Part shown: positions 28,894 through 40,794 of the stretch, piece after piece
Layout of the letters: each line of letters starts with the position of its first letter
How positions within the stretch are numbered: the first letter of the stretch is position 1
Source of the DNA: Felis catus
Lineage: Eukaryota
Assembly (NCBI RefSeq): GCF_018350175.1
Contig: NC_058368.1
Location: 229,898,001 to 229,962,000, forward strand
DNA length: 64,000 nucleotides
Direction of reading: 5' to 3'
Translations under genes and position numbers: made by a program
The notes under the pieces: model-generated
The model's input: the letters and a program-made list of their open reading frames with translations, nothing else
What the model was told of the DNA's origin: nothing
The model's database searches: none

Positions 28894-29359
28894 TGCTCAT
28901 AGGTGAATTATTTAATCACAAGATGACTCATTTTCAATAAGACATTAATTCATATTATGGAGATGTTGAGGATCCAAGAGTCCTAGCTCAATTTAGAAAT
29001 ATTAAATTAAAACTCTAACTCACTTTTACTCATATAGATCTGTTAATATAAAATATAAATTGTGATGTTGTAAAAAGGGGGAAAATTATTTTCCTTAATT
29101 ATTTTGTACCAGCATTCACAATTTTCCCACTTAGCAAAAGCAGTAGGTAAGCTTTGTAATAAGCTTTGAAGTTTGAAGAGTTCTTTCACATAAATGGACT
29201 CATCGTGTCCTTATGTTAGCCTTATATCAGTTCTACAAATTAGAAACTATGACTCAGTAATGTTCAATGATTGGCCCAAAAATATATCACAGAAATCCTG
29301 ACAGACTGAAGTTCAAATTCTAATGTCTGTCTTTTTTTTAACACCATTACCAACTTTGC

Positions 29360-29675
29360 TGTGTTCTGTGTTAGATCTTAGGCATTCTATATCTTATACC
29401 TGAAAGTAGTGTTGTTTCACCAACCTGTGTTTCCCCCACCGCCACGCCACTGGGAACAAGTTTTCTACTATCTGTTTCTATGAGTTTAAAGTTTGTTTTT
29501 TGTTGTTGTTTGTTTTTTGGTTTTTTGTTTTTTAATTCCATATACAATTGATAGCATGCAGTATCTGTCTTTCTTTGTCTGGCTCATTTCCTGTGGCATG
29601 ATGCCCTGAAAGTCCATGTTGTTACAAGTGGCAGGATTTCCTTCTTTCTCCAGACTGAGCAATATTCCATTGTGC
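29360..29675 (-). mobile_element. L1 3' fragment (L1MA/L1MB-like)
   Basis: ctactatctgtttctatgagttt..gcagtatctgtctttctttgtctggctcatttc..catgttgttacaagtggcaggatttccttcttt..aatattccattgtg. Confidence 0.85.
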
Positions 29676-29906
29676 TCACACCCACTGGTGGCCACCGTTA
29701 ACCCCGTAATTCTACCTGTTAGCATATGCCTTCAACAGAGATGAGCCTCCAGTTGTTTTCCAACAATGGAGATGAACTTGCTGATCTGGCCAGTTCTCTT
29801 GCCAAGGCTCCCTGGTGAACAATAGCTTCTATCAGAGCATGGCAGCTACCACAAGGATGAGGCCCTGGGGCTCGTCTCACAAATGGATATAGAAATGTTG
29901 AAAACA

Positions 29907-30096
29907 GGGATGCCTGGGTGGCTCAGTCGGTTGAGCTCCAATGCTAGGTTTCAACTCAGGTCAAGATCTCATGGTTCATGAGTTGGAGCCCTGCTGAGGG
30001 CTCTGTACTGACAGGGCAGAGTCGGCTTGGGATTCTCTCTCTCTCTCTGCCCCTCCCCTGTTCACTCTTTTTCAAAATAAATAAATACCTTTAAAA
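29907..30096 (+). mobile_element. Can-SINE
   Basis: SINEC body. TSD aaatgttga(a/g)aac at 29893-29905 and 30097-30109. Confidence 0.93.
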
Positions 30097-30135
30097 AAAT
30101 GTTGAGAACGTCTGCTACAAGCTGTGATGTGGGTC

Positions 30136-30154
30136 CACTGCCACCTGCTGACAC
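30136..30154 (-). promoter_or_regulatory. CTCF-like motif
   Basis: Minus strand reads GTGTCAGCAGGTGGCAGTG, one base off the common CCAGCAGGTGGCAGTG form of the CTCF core. Confidence 0.45.
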
Positions 30155-30287
30155 TTGCAGCGCCTCTAGTACCACATCTGGAGCACCAGCTCCCCTGATG
30201 TGAGGGCGGTGCCACTTCCTTTTTCCAGTCCCTGTCCTGCACAGGCCCGGGACTTTGTAGCTCCGGCCAGCTGGCCGGGTGGGGACA

Positions 30288-30308
30288 GTCAGCACCAGAG
30301 ACAGCTCC
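30288..30308 (+). promoter_or_regulatory. RE1/NRSE-like (REST) motif
   Basis: GTCAGCACCAGAGACAGCTCC versus consensus TTCAGCACCnnGGACAGCGCC, with canonical spacing. Left core TCAGCACC is intact; the right core has one mismatch (AGACAG for GGACAG). Confidence 0.5.
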
Positions 30309-31124
30309 GACAAGGCGGGTGCACAAATATCACGGCCCCTGGCCTCTCACTGCGTGGAGAGATGGCCTTTCATTGAGCCTCCGGAAGCCAAACCTGGAAG
30401 CTGTCTCTTTACTTTGAAGATTAGAAGTGGAGGCTCCAAGAGGGTTAGTGAAAGTTGCCCACAGTGGTGGTGTTCGAAGACCTTCTTGGCTTTTATGAAG
30501 CTTTCCTTCTATGTCTGGTTTTCATTATTATTTTTAGGGAGGTCCCTTTTCAGTTTATAGACTTTGTCATTGTAAATTGTTGCTAGTCTCAAATCTCGGC
30601 TTAAAATGAGATTTCCATAATAGAATGAGTGGGAAGAGAGCATTAAAACTTCTATTTATATTTAGGTTGAATCTTAAAAATAATGGAACATCTACCATTT
30701 AGTATATATGGTGGCAGTCACCTGTACCTCTGTTCCCAGTTTGAGGCAGTGGCCCACATTTCAGGTGGACAGAAAGAAAGGATAGAGGGATATCCTGCTG
30801 GACTACAGAGACAGGAAAGGTAAAAATAAATTTTCCAGAGTCCTTTTCATTTAGACATTGAAATTGTTAGAGGTTTTTGCCAATTGGATTGCTTACTTGA
30901 GATTAAGAAGGCAGCAATGAGATGGGTGCCGTCCTTCTGGCTGTGTGTGGGGATGGGGAGATTTTCCTCGGGACGTCATTAGGTTTGTGCACATCAAGAG
31001 GAAGACGGGTCTAGCAGGACTGCTCTGTTCCTGAAGTCATCAGTTTTCACAGGGGATAGCCATGGGATGCCTACTTTTCACCTTCTTATCGGAGTGGCAT
31101 CCCTGGTGAGCAAGTTCAGAAATA

Positions 31125-31460
31125 AATAGAAGCTAGTTATCAACCCATGCAACAACTGGATGAATCTCATAAGCATTATGTCACATGAAAGAAGACAGAC
31201 GTGCAAAGCTACGTAATATATGATTCTACTTATAAGGAATTCACAAAAAGACAAAACTGTGGACAAAAATCATATTGGATATCTGGGGTTCGGGGGAGGG
31301 GGCAGATGACAAAGGAGCAGGAAGATACTCTTTGGGGGGAACAAAAGTATTCTATATCCTGATTGCGGTGGTGCTTGTACAAGTCTAGACATTTGTTATT
31401 TTTTTATGCCTAAGTAGGGTGAATTTTATTGAATGTGAAGGTTACTTCAATAAGCGTGAT
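31125..31460 (+). mobile_element. Old L1 3' UTR fragment (L1MC/L1ME-like)
   Basis: catgcaacaactggatgaatctcataagcattatg..gaaagaagacagac..atatatgattctacttata..aaaagacaaaact. Confidence 0.8.
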
Positions 31461-31594
31461 TTTCAAAAAATGTTGGGAGAACACAGGTCTTGAGAGAATC
31501 TTCTCATCCCTATTCCCTGGCTTGCCCATGTTTTATCACCATGAATCTGATCACGCTAATGGAAATGGTTTTAGGGTTTTGTTTTTATTTTGTT

Positions 31595-32135
31595 TTTGAT
31601 CACACACAGGATTTCCTGGTTTCTACAGGTCAGAAGTCCAGATACAGTTTAGTTGGGTCCTCTGCATATTCCACATGGTTGCAACCAAGGTATGGGCTGA
31701 GTTGGGTTTTCATCGGAAGGCTCAACTGAAGAAGAACCTTCTTTTATATTCACTCAGGTTATTAGCAGCATTCATTTCCTTGTACCTGTGAGGCTGAGAG
31801 CCACGCTATTTACTGGTTAGAGACTGGAGGTCGCACTCAGCTCTTAGAGCCCACCTGTGGTTCCTTGAGATTGCGCACAATCCCTGGCCATGTTGGCTGT
31901 CTCACTGTGGCTGCTTATCTCATCAAGCCAGCCAGGAGTCTCTCAAGTGAATCTGTTAGCAAGATAGAACCTTAAATAATATAGTATAAGCACAGCGAGA
32001 TATGCCTTTACTTTGCCATATTCTGTTGGTTAGAAACAAGTCACAGGTCCTGCCCATGCTCAACAGGAGAGGATTATGCAAAAGTGTAAACACCAGAAAA
32101 CAGACATCATGGTGGAGGCACCCTAGAGTCTGTTC
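31595..32135 (-). mobile_element. MaLR LTR (MLT1F/G/H-like)
   Basis: ggtcagaagtccag, ttcactcaggttattagcagcattcatttccttgt, gccatattctgttggttagaaacaagtcacaggtcctgccca. Confidence 0.8.
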
Positions 32136-34299
32136 ATTAAGGTCAGGAGAAGGATATAGAGGGATTCACTGGTTATGGTAGAGGATCAGTTCTGGGCATG
32201 GTGGAATTGGTTGGGAAATGGGGAGAAGTTGGGTCAGGAGCTGGATCAGGAGCAGGGAAGTGCTGAGCATGTGAGGATGAGGGTTTGTCAAGGGGCAGAT
32301 AAGGTAGAGAGTCACGTTTGACACCACACTGAAGTATTTTCCTAGAGAGAGTCTACTCTCTCCAGAGACAAACTAAACTCAAATTTTTCAAAGATGGTAT
32401 TTTAAGAGAAGCAAAATGTGTCTCTATGAATAAAGTAAAGAGTAGAATTTCATACTTCTGGCTCATAACTCAGACATGTACCGGTTAGATTTTTAGATGT
32501 CTCATCCCAGATATTATTGTATTTATATGACTATATATACGTCTATTTTTACACAAACGGGACCTGGCTCTCTATGGTTTTGTACTTTACTGAATTGTTT
32601 CTCCCATCTGCCTTTTGCTTTTTCCACTTTATATTATTTCATCTTTTCTTTTTCTAATAATTCTTCTTTTTCTTCTTCGATTAGAGGTCTGGCTCATGAT
32701 TTGCTCAAGAATGGCACTGGGTAATAGGAGTAGTATTGGCTAGCACACTGCACAGGTACATTCTGTCTCTCCAGACACCGTCTGTAGCATCCTTAGTTGG
32801 GAGGCAAAGGAACTGACCATCCTGGCAGAATGGCAGTTTGGTGATTGTTTGCTTCTCATAGGCATTGATTAGCTATTTGGGGATGATTTATCCCTATACC
32901 ATTGACAAAAGCCAGCTCTTCAAAAGCTCACAGCTATTTTCTCTTTTTTTCCCCTCTGGCTTCATCTCCAGACAATTTCTCTAGTTTAATTGCAGAAAAT
33001 GGATCATTCAGTGATATACGGAGGATTCTCTCACTTAATTCCAGAGAAATCTACCTTTTGCTTAAGCTCTGGAGAGAAACATACTGGCTCTGTGTATCCT
33101 CCATAGAGGTTCATTGGGTTTGCATTTTTATGAAATTTTCCAGTTTTATTATGCATGATTGTAATAATGGTGTTCCTTCATTTCAGCAGGTTTCAACAGA
33201 AAGGGGCCAAGTAAATAAATACACTTTTCTTAGGCAGCTTTTCCCCTGTTCCTAACTCTGAGCCATAACCAAGCTGCAGCAGCTATATCATCGTTAGGCT
33301 GGACATAAGGTCGCCAGAGGAACAAGCTGGAAGTGTATTCATTTAGATGTGAGCTTAAGTGCATTTGGGTTAAAGGTTAGGATGCATCCATTAGAGCTGA
33401 TGTAAATGGACTCCACCAACACATTCCGTTCCAAACCTAAGTGTCCTTCACTAGTGTTTGCTGTCACCTGGAAACCGACTTTGAGCTGCATCTCTGATGC
33501 TGAGGGCCTGGTCCAGGGTCCCTCTGTGTGGCTGAGGTGCCTTTAGCTCTCTACCAGGTGAGAAATCAGAGGTACTCACTCATGTTTTCCTCAGGCCTAT
33601 GTTAAAGTTAACCAGCATCTACTCTCTGTCATCTGTCTCTTGACCTCAGTGAAAAATGGTATGTGTCACTTCAGTCCTCATTATGTAGGCACCTGCACTC
33701 CGAGAAGACTTCTTAATTAATCTTCATGAAGTGAATGTCAGCCAAGGCCATGTATGGAATTGTTCTGAAGTGTGAGCTGTCTTCACACCTTTGTAGGTGG
33801 TCCTTTGAGGTCAAGCCCGAACAAGATTGATAGGAGAGTGCTGTTGAGGCTTCTTAGATAATTAATTTCAAAGGAGTTTGACTACATCTGGTCTTCTGGT
33901 CATTGCTATTAAAACAGCATGTTCACATTTCTGATTCAAAAGCCATTTCCTTTCTTCTTTTATACCCTCCTCATGAAAGATGCAGAAATTGTAGGATTGT
34001 GGCCTAGGCCTGACTCGAAATGAAGAGTCTAGTACAGGTACTGGGACACTATGTGCTTTGTTTTAAGATTCCATGACAACCAGTCAGGCGAGATAAAATT
34101 CTTTTACTTTTCTCCCTTGAGGATAATATTCCTTTGCTGCTTCTTAACTATTTTAGTTACTAATTGGTTCTGATCAAAGACACTTGGTTCTGATCAACAT
34201 ATATTTTGCATACTTATTCCAAATTCCAATTTTTTGGCAAATATACAAGAAATCCAGATAAATAATTAAATCCAATTTAATTAAATCCAACTGAAAGCC

Positions 34300-34342
<43 letters not shown>

Positions 34343-34345
34343 TTT
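34300..34345. repeat. (TTTA)n microsatellite
   Basis: Read directly from the sequence. Confidence 0.95.
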
Positions 34346-34730
34346 CACCTATGAAATTACCCGTCTGCTCCCTGAAAACAGAGATGACGTTGTATTCCAC
34401 TCTAAATCCTTGAGACAACTAGAGTAATCCCTTGAGTATAACATTTGCTCAAACATTAGAATGGGAGTCACTGTATTATTTCAACATGTACTTGACGTTG
34501 GTAGGAGATGTAACTCTACGGCAACGACACAGATTTACCTGTGTAACTTGTGAGTGCCTCTGTGTTACACTGTGACCCTATAAAACCCATCTAAGGGCAA
34601 GATGGGAGTGTGTTGCCCTCAATAAATAGCATCGTTCAGATACCTCACAGATTTCGTGATTGTAAAGACAGTTTTCCTGCGGAAAAATGCACCAAATAAA
34701 TCAGACCCTTATGGTTGCTATCCCCTGATT

Positions 34731-35097
34731 CAAAGTTAGCAAAACTGTATCCTAGATATATAGATACAGATGTAGATAGATATAGATATAGATATAGATA
34801 TAGATATAGATATAGATAGATATAGGTATAGGTATAGGTATAGTTATAGATAGATATTGATGTAGATGTAGATGTAGATTGTTTGGATCATGCTAAGAGT
34901 TTTTTAAAAAAGGATTAGTTGCCAACTACATTCCTTTTTTATTTCTTTTGAAAATTTGGAAGATTGAAACTACATTCTCCTTGGGTAGGTTTGGCTAGAA
35001 ATTTGTAGAGTTTCTGTAAATCTAGCTTCAGCCTAGCCCACTCTGCTCATGTACATTACCTACCTGATCCTGTTGGAATTTGCTGTTGTGGTTCCTG
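34731..35097 (+). mobile_element. MER102-like hAT-Charlie relic containing a microsatellite
   Basis: gattagttgccaac, tttcttttgaaaatttggaagat and gctcatgtacattacctacctgatcctgttggaatttg resemble MER102 as remembered. Confidence 0.6.
34753..34879. repeat. Hexamer microsatellite (TAGATA)n/(TAGGTA)n/(TAGATG)n
   Basis: Read directly from the sequence. Confidence 0.93.
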
Positions 35098-35358
35098 AAT
35101 GCTTTATCCTAGAATTTCCCTGTGCAGGTTTCTCCTATAGCCATGTTTTGGGGATAACATTGAAGCATCTGGGTGTCAGGGAAGCTGGTTACTGAAGTCG
35201 ACATGATCAGGTACCTAGGCTCTTCTCCAAGTTAAGTAGGGAACCTGGCTCTCTGGCCCAGTGTGGGGTCCTGAAGTCAGGGCTGGTTTGTATCTGTGAA
35301 GATTAGAGCAAGAATAAATGGAAGAAACATCCCAGGCAAAGAGTGACTCAATACTTCT

Positions 35359-35586
35359 TTTTTTTTTTTTTTTGAAAAAAAAAATGTTTTATGTCTATTT
35401 CTGAGAGACAGAAACAGAGCATGAGCAGGGAAGGGGCAGAGAGAGAGGGAAACACAGAATCCGAATCAGGCTCCAGGCTCTGAGCTGTCAGCATAGAGCC
35501 TGATGTGGGGCTCGAACCCATGAACTGTGACATCATGACCTGAACCGAAGTCAGATGCCCAACAGACTGAGCAACCCAGGCGCCCC
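35359..35586 (-). mobile_element. Can-SINE
   Basis: Perfect TSD gtgactcaatacttct at 35343-35358 and 35590-35605. Confidence 0.96.
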
Positions 35587-36124
35587 ATGGTGACTCAATA
35601 CTTCTGGATAGAGAGAAGGAAACTGTTAACTTCATTGATTTACAAGAGTGCTCAATGGAACGTCCCTCATATAAAAAGATTGTATTCACAGCTAGACAGA
35701 AGAGTTAGACAAGGCCTTTGCCTTGGATTTCCACCCGCAGGATCCAATGTAATAGTCCCTGACCTTTGGAAACTGTCGGAAGATGGTGACCTAGCATTGT
35801 CTTTGCAATTGTATGTGGAAGGAGGAAGAGAAGGGCAATGTGGGTGGGTAGGTAGCACTAGATGATGTGGAAGAAGCAGAACTGGGTCAAGGAGAATGAT
35901 TGGTCTTAACAATGTGACATTTTGTTGGCAGGAAACACAGTGAAACACACACTCTCTCAATACTTCCTTCATGCATTCTCTGTAACTCCTGGGCTGTGGA
36001 TTGAGGAAATTGGCATGTGTATGCATGTTGAAACTGATTTTAGATAATGTCCATCAAAACAGGGAAATAAACTAAAAACTAAAGTCAGACCCCAGGGGAT
36101 TGATAGCTGTGTAAGTCATCCCTT

Positions 36125-36465
36125 ACCACAGTAATCCCGTGTACCAATGACCACTAAGCTTCAGTGAGAAACAATAAGCATTTATTGTCTGCAGCACTGA
36201 GGTGGTTAACTCAGTTCTGCTGACTTTGTGCTCATGTGTCTGGATGCAGCTGGATGTCACCTGGTGCACATGAGCACCCGGGTTCTGCTCACTGTGTTTT
36301 ATTATCTCATAGGCTAGTCATTGCGTATACGCATAGCAGTGTTGAGGCTCGAGATAGAGGGCAAACCCAAGAGTAGAAGAGCCGTTCAAGCCTTTCCTTG
36401 TGTCATGTTCACCATGACTAGCAACATGACCAAGCCCAGAGATACAGTGGGAGGGCGCTGTAAAA
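36125..36465 (-). mobile_element. Degraded MaLR (MLT1-type) LTR
   Basis: aaacaataagcatttattg, cagttctgctga and agcaacatgaccaagcccaga motifs; highly diverged. Confidence 0.5.
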
Positions 36466-37990
36466 TTAATCCTCATTAATCTCTTGTGGAATTAAGCTAC
36501 TAAAATGTCCAGGGTGTTTTTACTGCAGCATAACCCAGCCTACCTTGACTGATAAAATCATTAAATATCTTCTCAGCGTAATTTTTGCATCACAGGTGAA
36601 AAATTATACAGATGACAAATACTTGCGGTCATATATTTTTCAAGGATTTATAACAGAAATTCCGTACTTACACTATAGAGGGCTTATATACTTTATAAGG
36701 GATCATACTATTCCCTTATTTGTTATACTTTCATTCTTATATGCATGTATATTTTTGGTAAGTTTTAATACCGCAGTTATATTAAATGAAATTGGTAGAA
36801 TTGTGTCCTCATACATTGTCATTGCATATACAATCATTTATAAACTTATCAATAGCAATTCTGTGTTTCCTAGTAGAATTTCAGCAGTTGAGTTGAAAGT
36901 AAAATAAACATAAATATCAAATATATAGAAATTCTTTGAGATGTTTATGTAATCACTTTGTGCCAGATGTTTGTTGACTGATTTTGATATTAAGATCAGT
37001 TTGGACTTATCTATACTGTGTTCACAGACTTCTGAACATGAGTCTGTCAGTACCATGTGTCTGTCCAGCAGACTGGTTGAAATGTAGCTGTCATCTCTGA
37101 TACCCAGTGATGAAATTCTCTATGCGGGAGGCTCCTAGCTGGTGTCGTAGTCCTGAGGGGCTCCTCTTAGGATGTTTCCTCACGGGAACTTAGGTCTTAT
37201 TAAAGGAATGGACACTCATAAGGCCTGCTGTGCCTTCAAATAAAGAGGAGAAATCTTTACCTGTGGCCCACAGTTATCTTAAAAGCCCTTGGACGATTCC
37301 GTTAGAAATGCAAGATTATTCAATGCCGCATGGTCTCAGCTGATCACAGAATATTTAATCAAAATGAACATCTGTTGACTAAAACAACTGCCATTTGGTA
37401 ATGTCTGACATCAGTGAAACAGAGATCTTTTTAGAGTAATGCTGAATTTACACAGATTCTATTTTCACTGACTTCAGTATTCTCTAAGCAGAATAAGTTG
37501 ACAGTGCAGTCCCGACGTTCTAATTTCAAGTAGATCACTTGTTTTAAAAAGGCCTTTCTCTCTCTTTCGTCACTTGTTCAACTGGACTCTTGTGTCGGGG
37601 TTTCTTTTCTCTTCTTCACCTTTCTGACACTTTTGCGCTGCCTAGAAATTCCTGAGATTTGAGAATAATCTTCAACTCAACCAGTACCTTTGTTGACCTT
37701 TGGCCCCAGTGAGTGGATAGGTAACAGAAAAAAGGATGCCCACCTAAGAGGATGCCACAAAATGCAACCCTTAGAGCGCATATTAAAAGCTCACAAATGT
37801 GTGTCACCATGTGGCAGATTTCCACCATGGGTTGTCTTCCCGTCACTCTTAATAAACCAATTAGAGGTTTAGCTCTTTAAGTCATTCATCCCTCAGTAAA
37901 CAGTAATCTCCTAAAAGTCAGGGGACTTCCTATTAATAATTAAATCTTTTTAAATCAAAGATTAACTTTCAGTACATACTGATATGTTAA

Positions 37991-38003
37991 GCGCACGTGC
38001 GCG

Positions 38004-38053
<50 letters not shown>
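37991..38053. repeat. (GC)n-(AC)n alternating purine-pyrimidine tract
   Basis: gcgcacgtgcgcgcgcgcgcgc followed by (ac)n, with unbroken R/Y alternation. Confidence 0.95.
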
Positions 38054-38054
<1 letters not shown>

Positions 38055-39039
38055 TTAAAAACCCAACATATAAGTGATTTGGATTTGGACAAAGCCTCCA
38101 AGATGAGTGAAATGGAGTTTCTACAAAACACTCAACTTCTTCTGCTGTAAAAGAATCAAGCTGTACCAAAAAGGGAAACCACTCTGTAGGAATTTGATTA
38201 AATTTACAGTCTGGTGTATTGTGCTCATTACAGGCTTACCCTTATAATTTCTAAGTTTGTAAAGAACTAGTTAAAATTTTGCTTAAGCAAATATTTTTAT
38301 TTTGGAAAGAAGCTCATGGACTATACATATGTGCACGTAGTAAGAATTTAACAAGAGAAAAATAAGAGGAAGAGGAAATGGTCCAAAGTATTTTTTTGGA
38401 CACTCCTCTTTCTCGTCTTGTTCTTTAAATATTCCTTTCATCTTGGCCCTTTTCTGTCCCTCTCACTGTGTCTTCGAGGAATGTTACCCTTCTCCCTGTT
38501 TTCACTTACATTTCTGAAGTTTTTCAAAAGTTTGGCTGAATACTCCCTTCAGTGATTTAGACTTTTTCACTCAACTGCTCATGCCCTAAGAACATTCTAC
38601 ACTTAGCACACACATAATATATCTAATTTCTCCCTTGCCCCCAACCTTCTCTTGTCGTTCTCACTATAAGTCCTTGGATGACTCAGACAGCCTTCCAGTT
38701 CTCAAGCAAAAGGCTTAGGACCATGGCACACTTGTTTGTTTATTGCACACAGCCAGTTAGTTACTAATTCTTCCTTCTTCCTCCTTTAACATCTGCTCCC
38801 CTCTATCCCTGTCTCCACTTCACACTTCTATGACTCCTTCCTCTCCACTTTGTTTTTCAGTGGGCTCTTGGCTACGCCTCTGATTTGTTCCAGCCCTTAT
38901 CTGTACAATCACAGTGATGTCTCTGATTGTTTTGTCCCAGTGCTTCTTATTGTGATTGACTACAACAAACTATTCCACAGATACTATTGATGTAATTAGT
39001 GTCAACTTTAAAAAGGTTTCTCTCTTTCTAAAAGAATAA

Positions 39040-40761
39040 TTATATAGTTCTAAATATTACATGGGTCAAAGAAGAAATCCCAAGAGAAATTTTAAAATAT
39101 TTTTAACTGTGTGAAAATGAAAACAATGTATCTCGTACTTTATGGGATAGAGTGAAAGCAGTGCTTACAGGGAATTTATAGCATTGAATACATATATTAT
39201 GTATATATGTATATTACGCATCTAATGATCTAAAGTCAATAATCTAAGTTTCCAGCTTAGGCAAATATCAAAAGAAGAGCAAAATAAATCAAAGTAAGCT
39301 GAAGAAAAAAGAAATAGTAAGAATTAGAACAGAAATCAATGAAATTAAAACAGGAAATAAATAGAGAAAATCAATGAAACCAAAAACTAGTTCTTTGAAA
39401 GGTGGATAAAATTGATAAGCCTCTAGTCAGGCTAAGAAAAAAAGTGAGAGGACACAAACTCTAAAACAGAAATGGAAGAGGGGACTTCACTGTAGATCCC
39501 ATAGAAATTGAAAGGATTATAAAGGAATATCATGAACAACTTGATGACCACAAATTTGATAGCATGGATGAAATGGCACACTATCTGCCAAAACTCACAC
39601 AAGAACTCACACACAAGAAGAGAAAGATCTAATAAAAATGAAGAATTTAATCAATAATTAAGAATATTCCAAAACAGAAAGTTCCAGGCCCATATGGTTT
39701 CACTGGTGAATTCCACCAAATACTTACAGAACAAATTATAGTAATTGTCTACAATCTCTTCCAAGGATAGAAGCAGATGGGATACTTTGTAACTCATTCC
39801 ATTAGGCCAGCAGCATTACCCATATGCCATAATCAGACAAAGACATTACAAGAAAACAATGACCAGTATCTCTGATGAATATAGATGCAACAGTCAACAA
39901 AATATTGCCAAATTGCATCCAAAAAAGTATATGAAGAATTATGAACCGTGACCAAGTATGCAAAGCTGGTTCAACCCTTAAAAATCAATTAATGTGATCT
40001 GTCATATCAAGAGACTAAAAAAGAAAAGTTGCATGATAATATCAATATATGCAGAAAATATACAGAAAAGTGTCTGACAAAATCCAAATCTTCATGGTAA
40101 GAACTATCATTAAACTAGGAATATAAGAGAATTTTTTTCCAATTGATAAAGACTATGTACAAAAAAAATCTATACCTCGCATTGTACTTATTCGTGAGAA
40201 ACTTGAAACTTCCCCTGGGAAACTTTAAGTTTCCTTGTTCCTCATGGAAGGGTTGTCCCTGTCACTGTTCCTTTTCAGCATCATCCTGGAAGTTCTTGCT
40301 AATGCAACAAAACAAGAAAAGGAAATGAAAGGAATATAGATTGGGAAGGAAAAGATGAAACTGTCTTTGTTCAGGGATGACATGATCATCTCTATAGAAA
40401 ATCCAAAACAGTCCACAAAAACCTTCTGGAACTAATAAGTGATGACTGCATGGCTTCCAGGTACAAAATTTAATATACAAAAATCAGTTGCTTTCCTATG
40501 TATTAACAATAAGCAAGTGGAGTTTGTCACTGAAAACACAGTACCATTTACATTAGCATCTGGAAAAAATAAAATATTTAGGTGTAAATCTAAGAAAATA
40601 TTGGGGGCGCCTGGGTGGCTCAGTTAGTTAAGCGTCTGACTTCAGCTCATGTCATGATCTCACGGTTTGTGAGTTCGAGCCCTGCATCGGGATCTGTGCT
40701 TGGAGCCTGAAGCCTGCTTTGGATTCTGTGTCTCCCTCTCTCTGTTCCTCCCCCACTCGCA

Positions 40762-40794
<33 letters not shown>

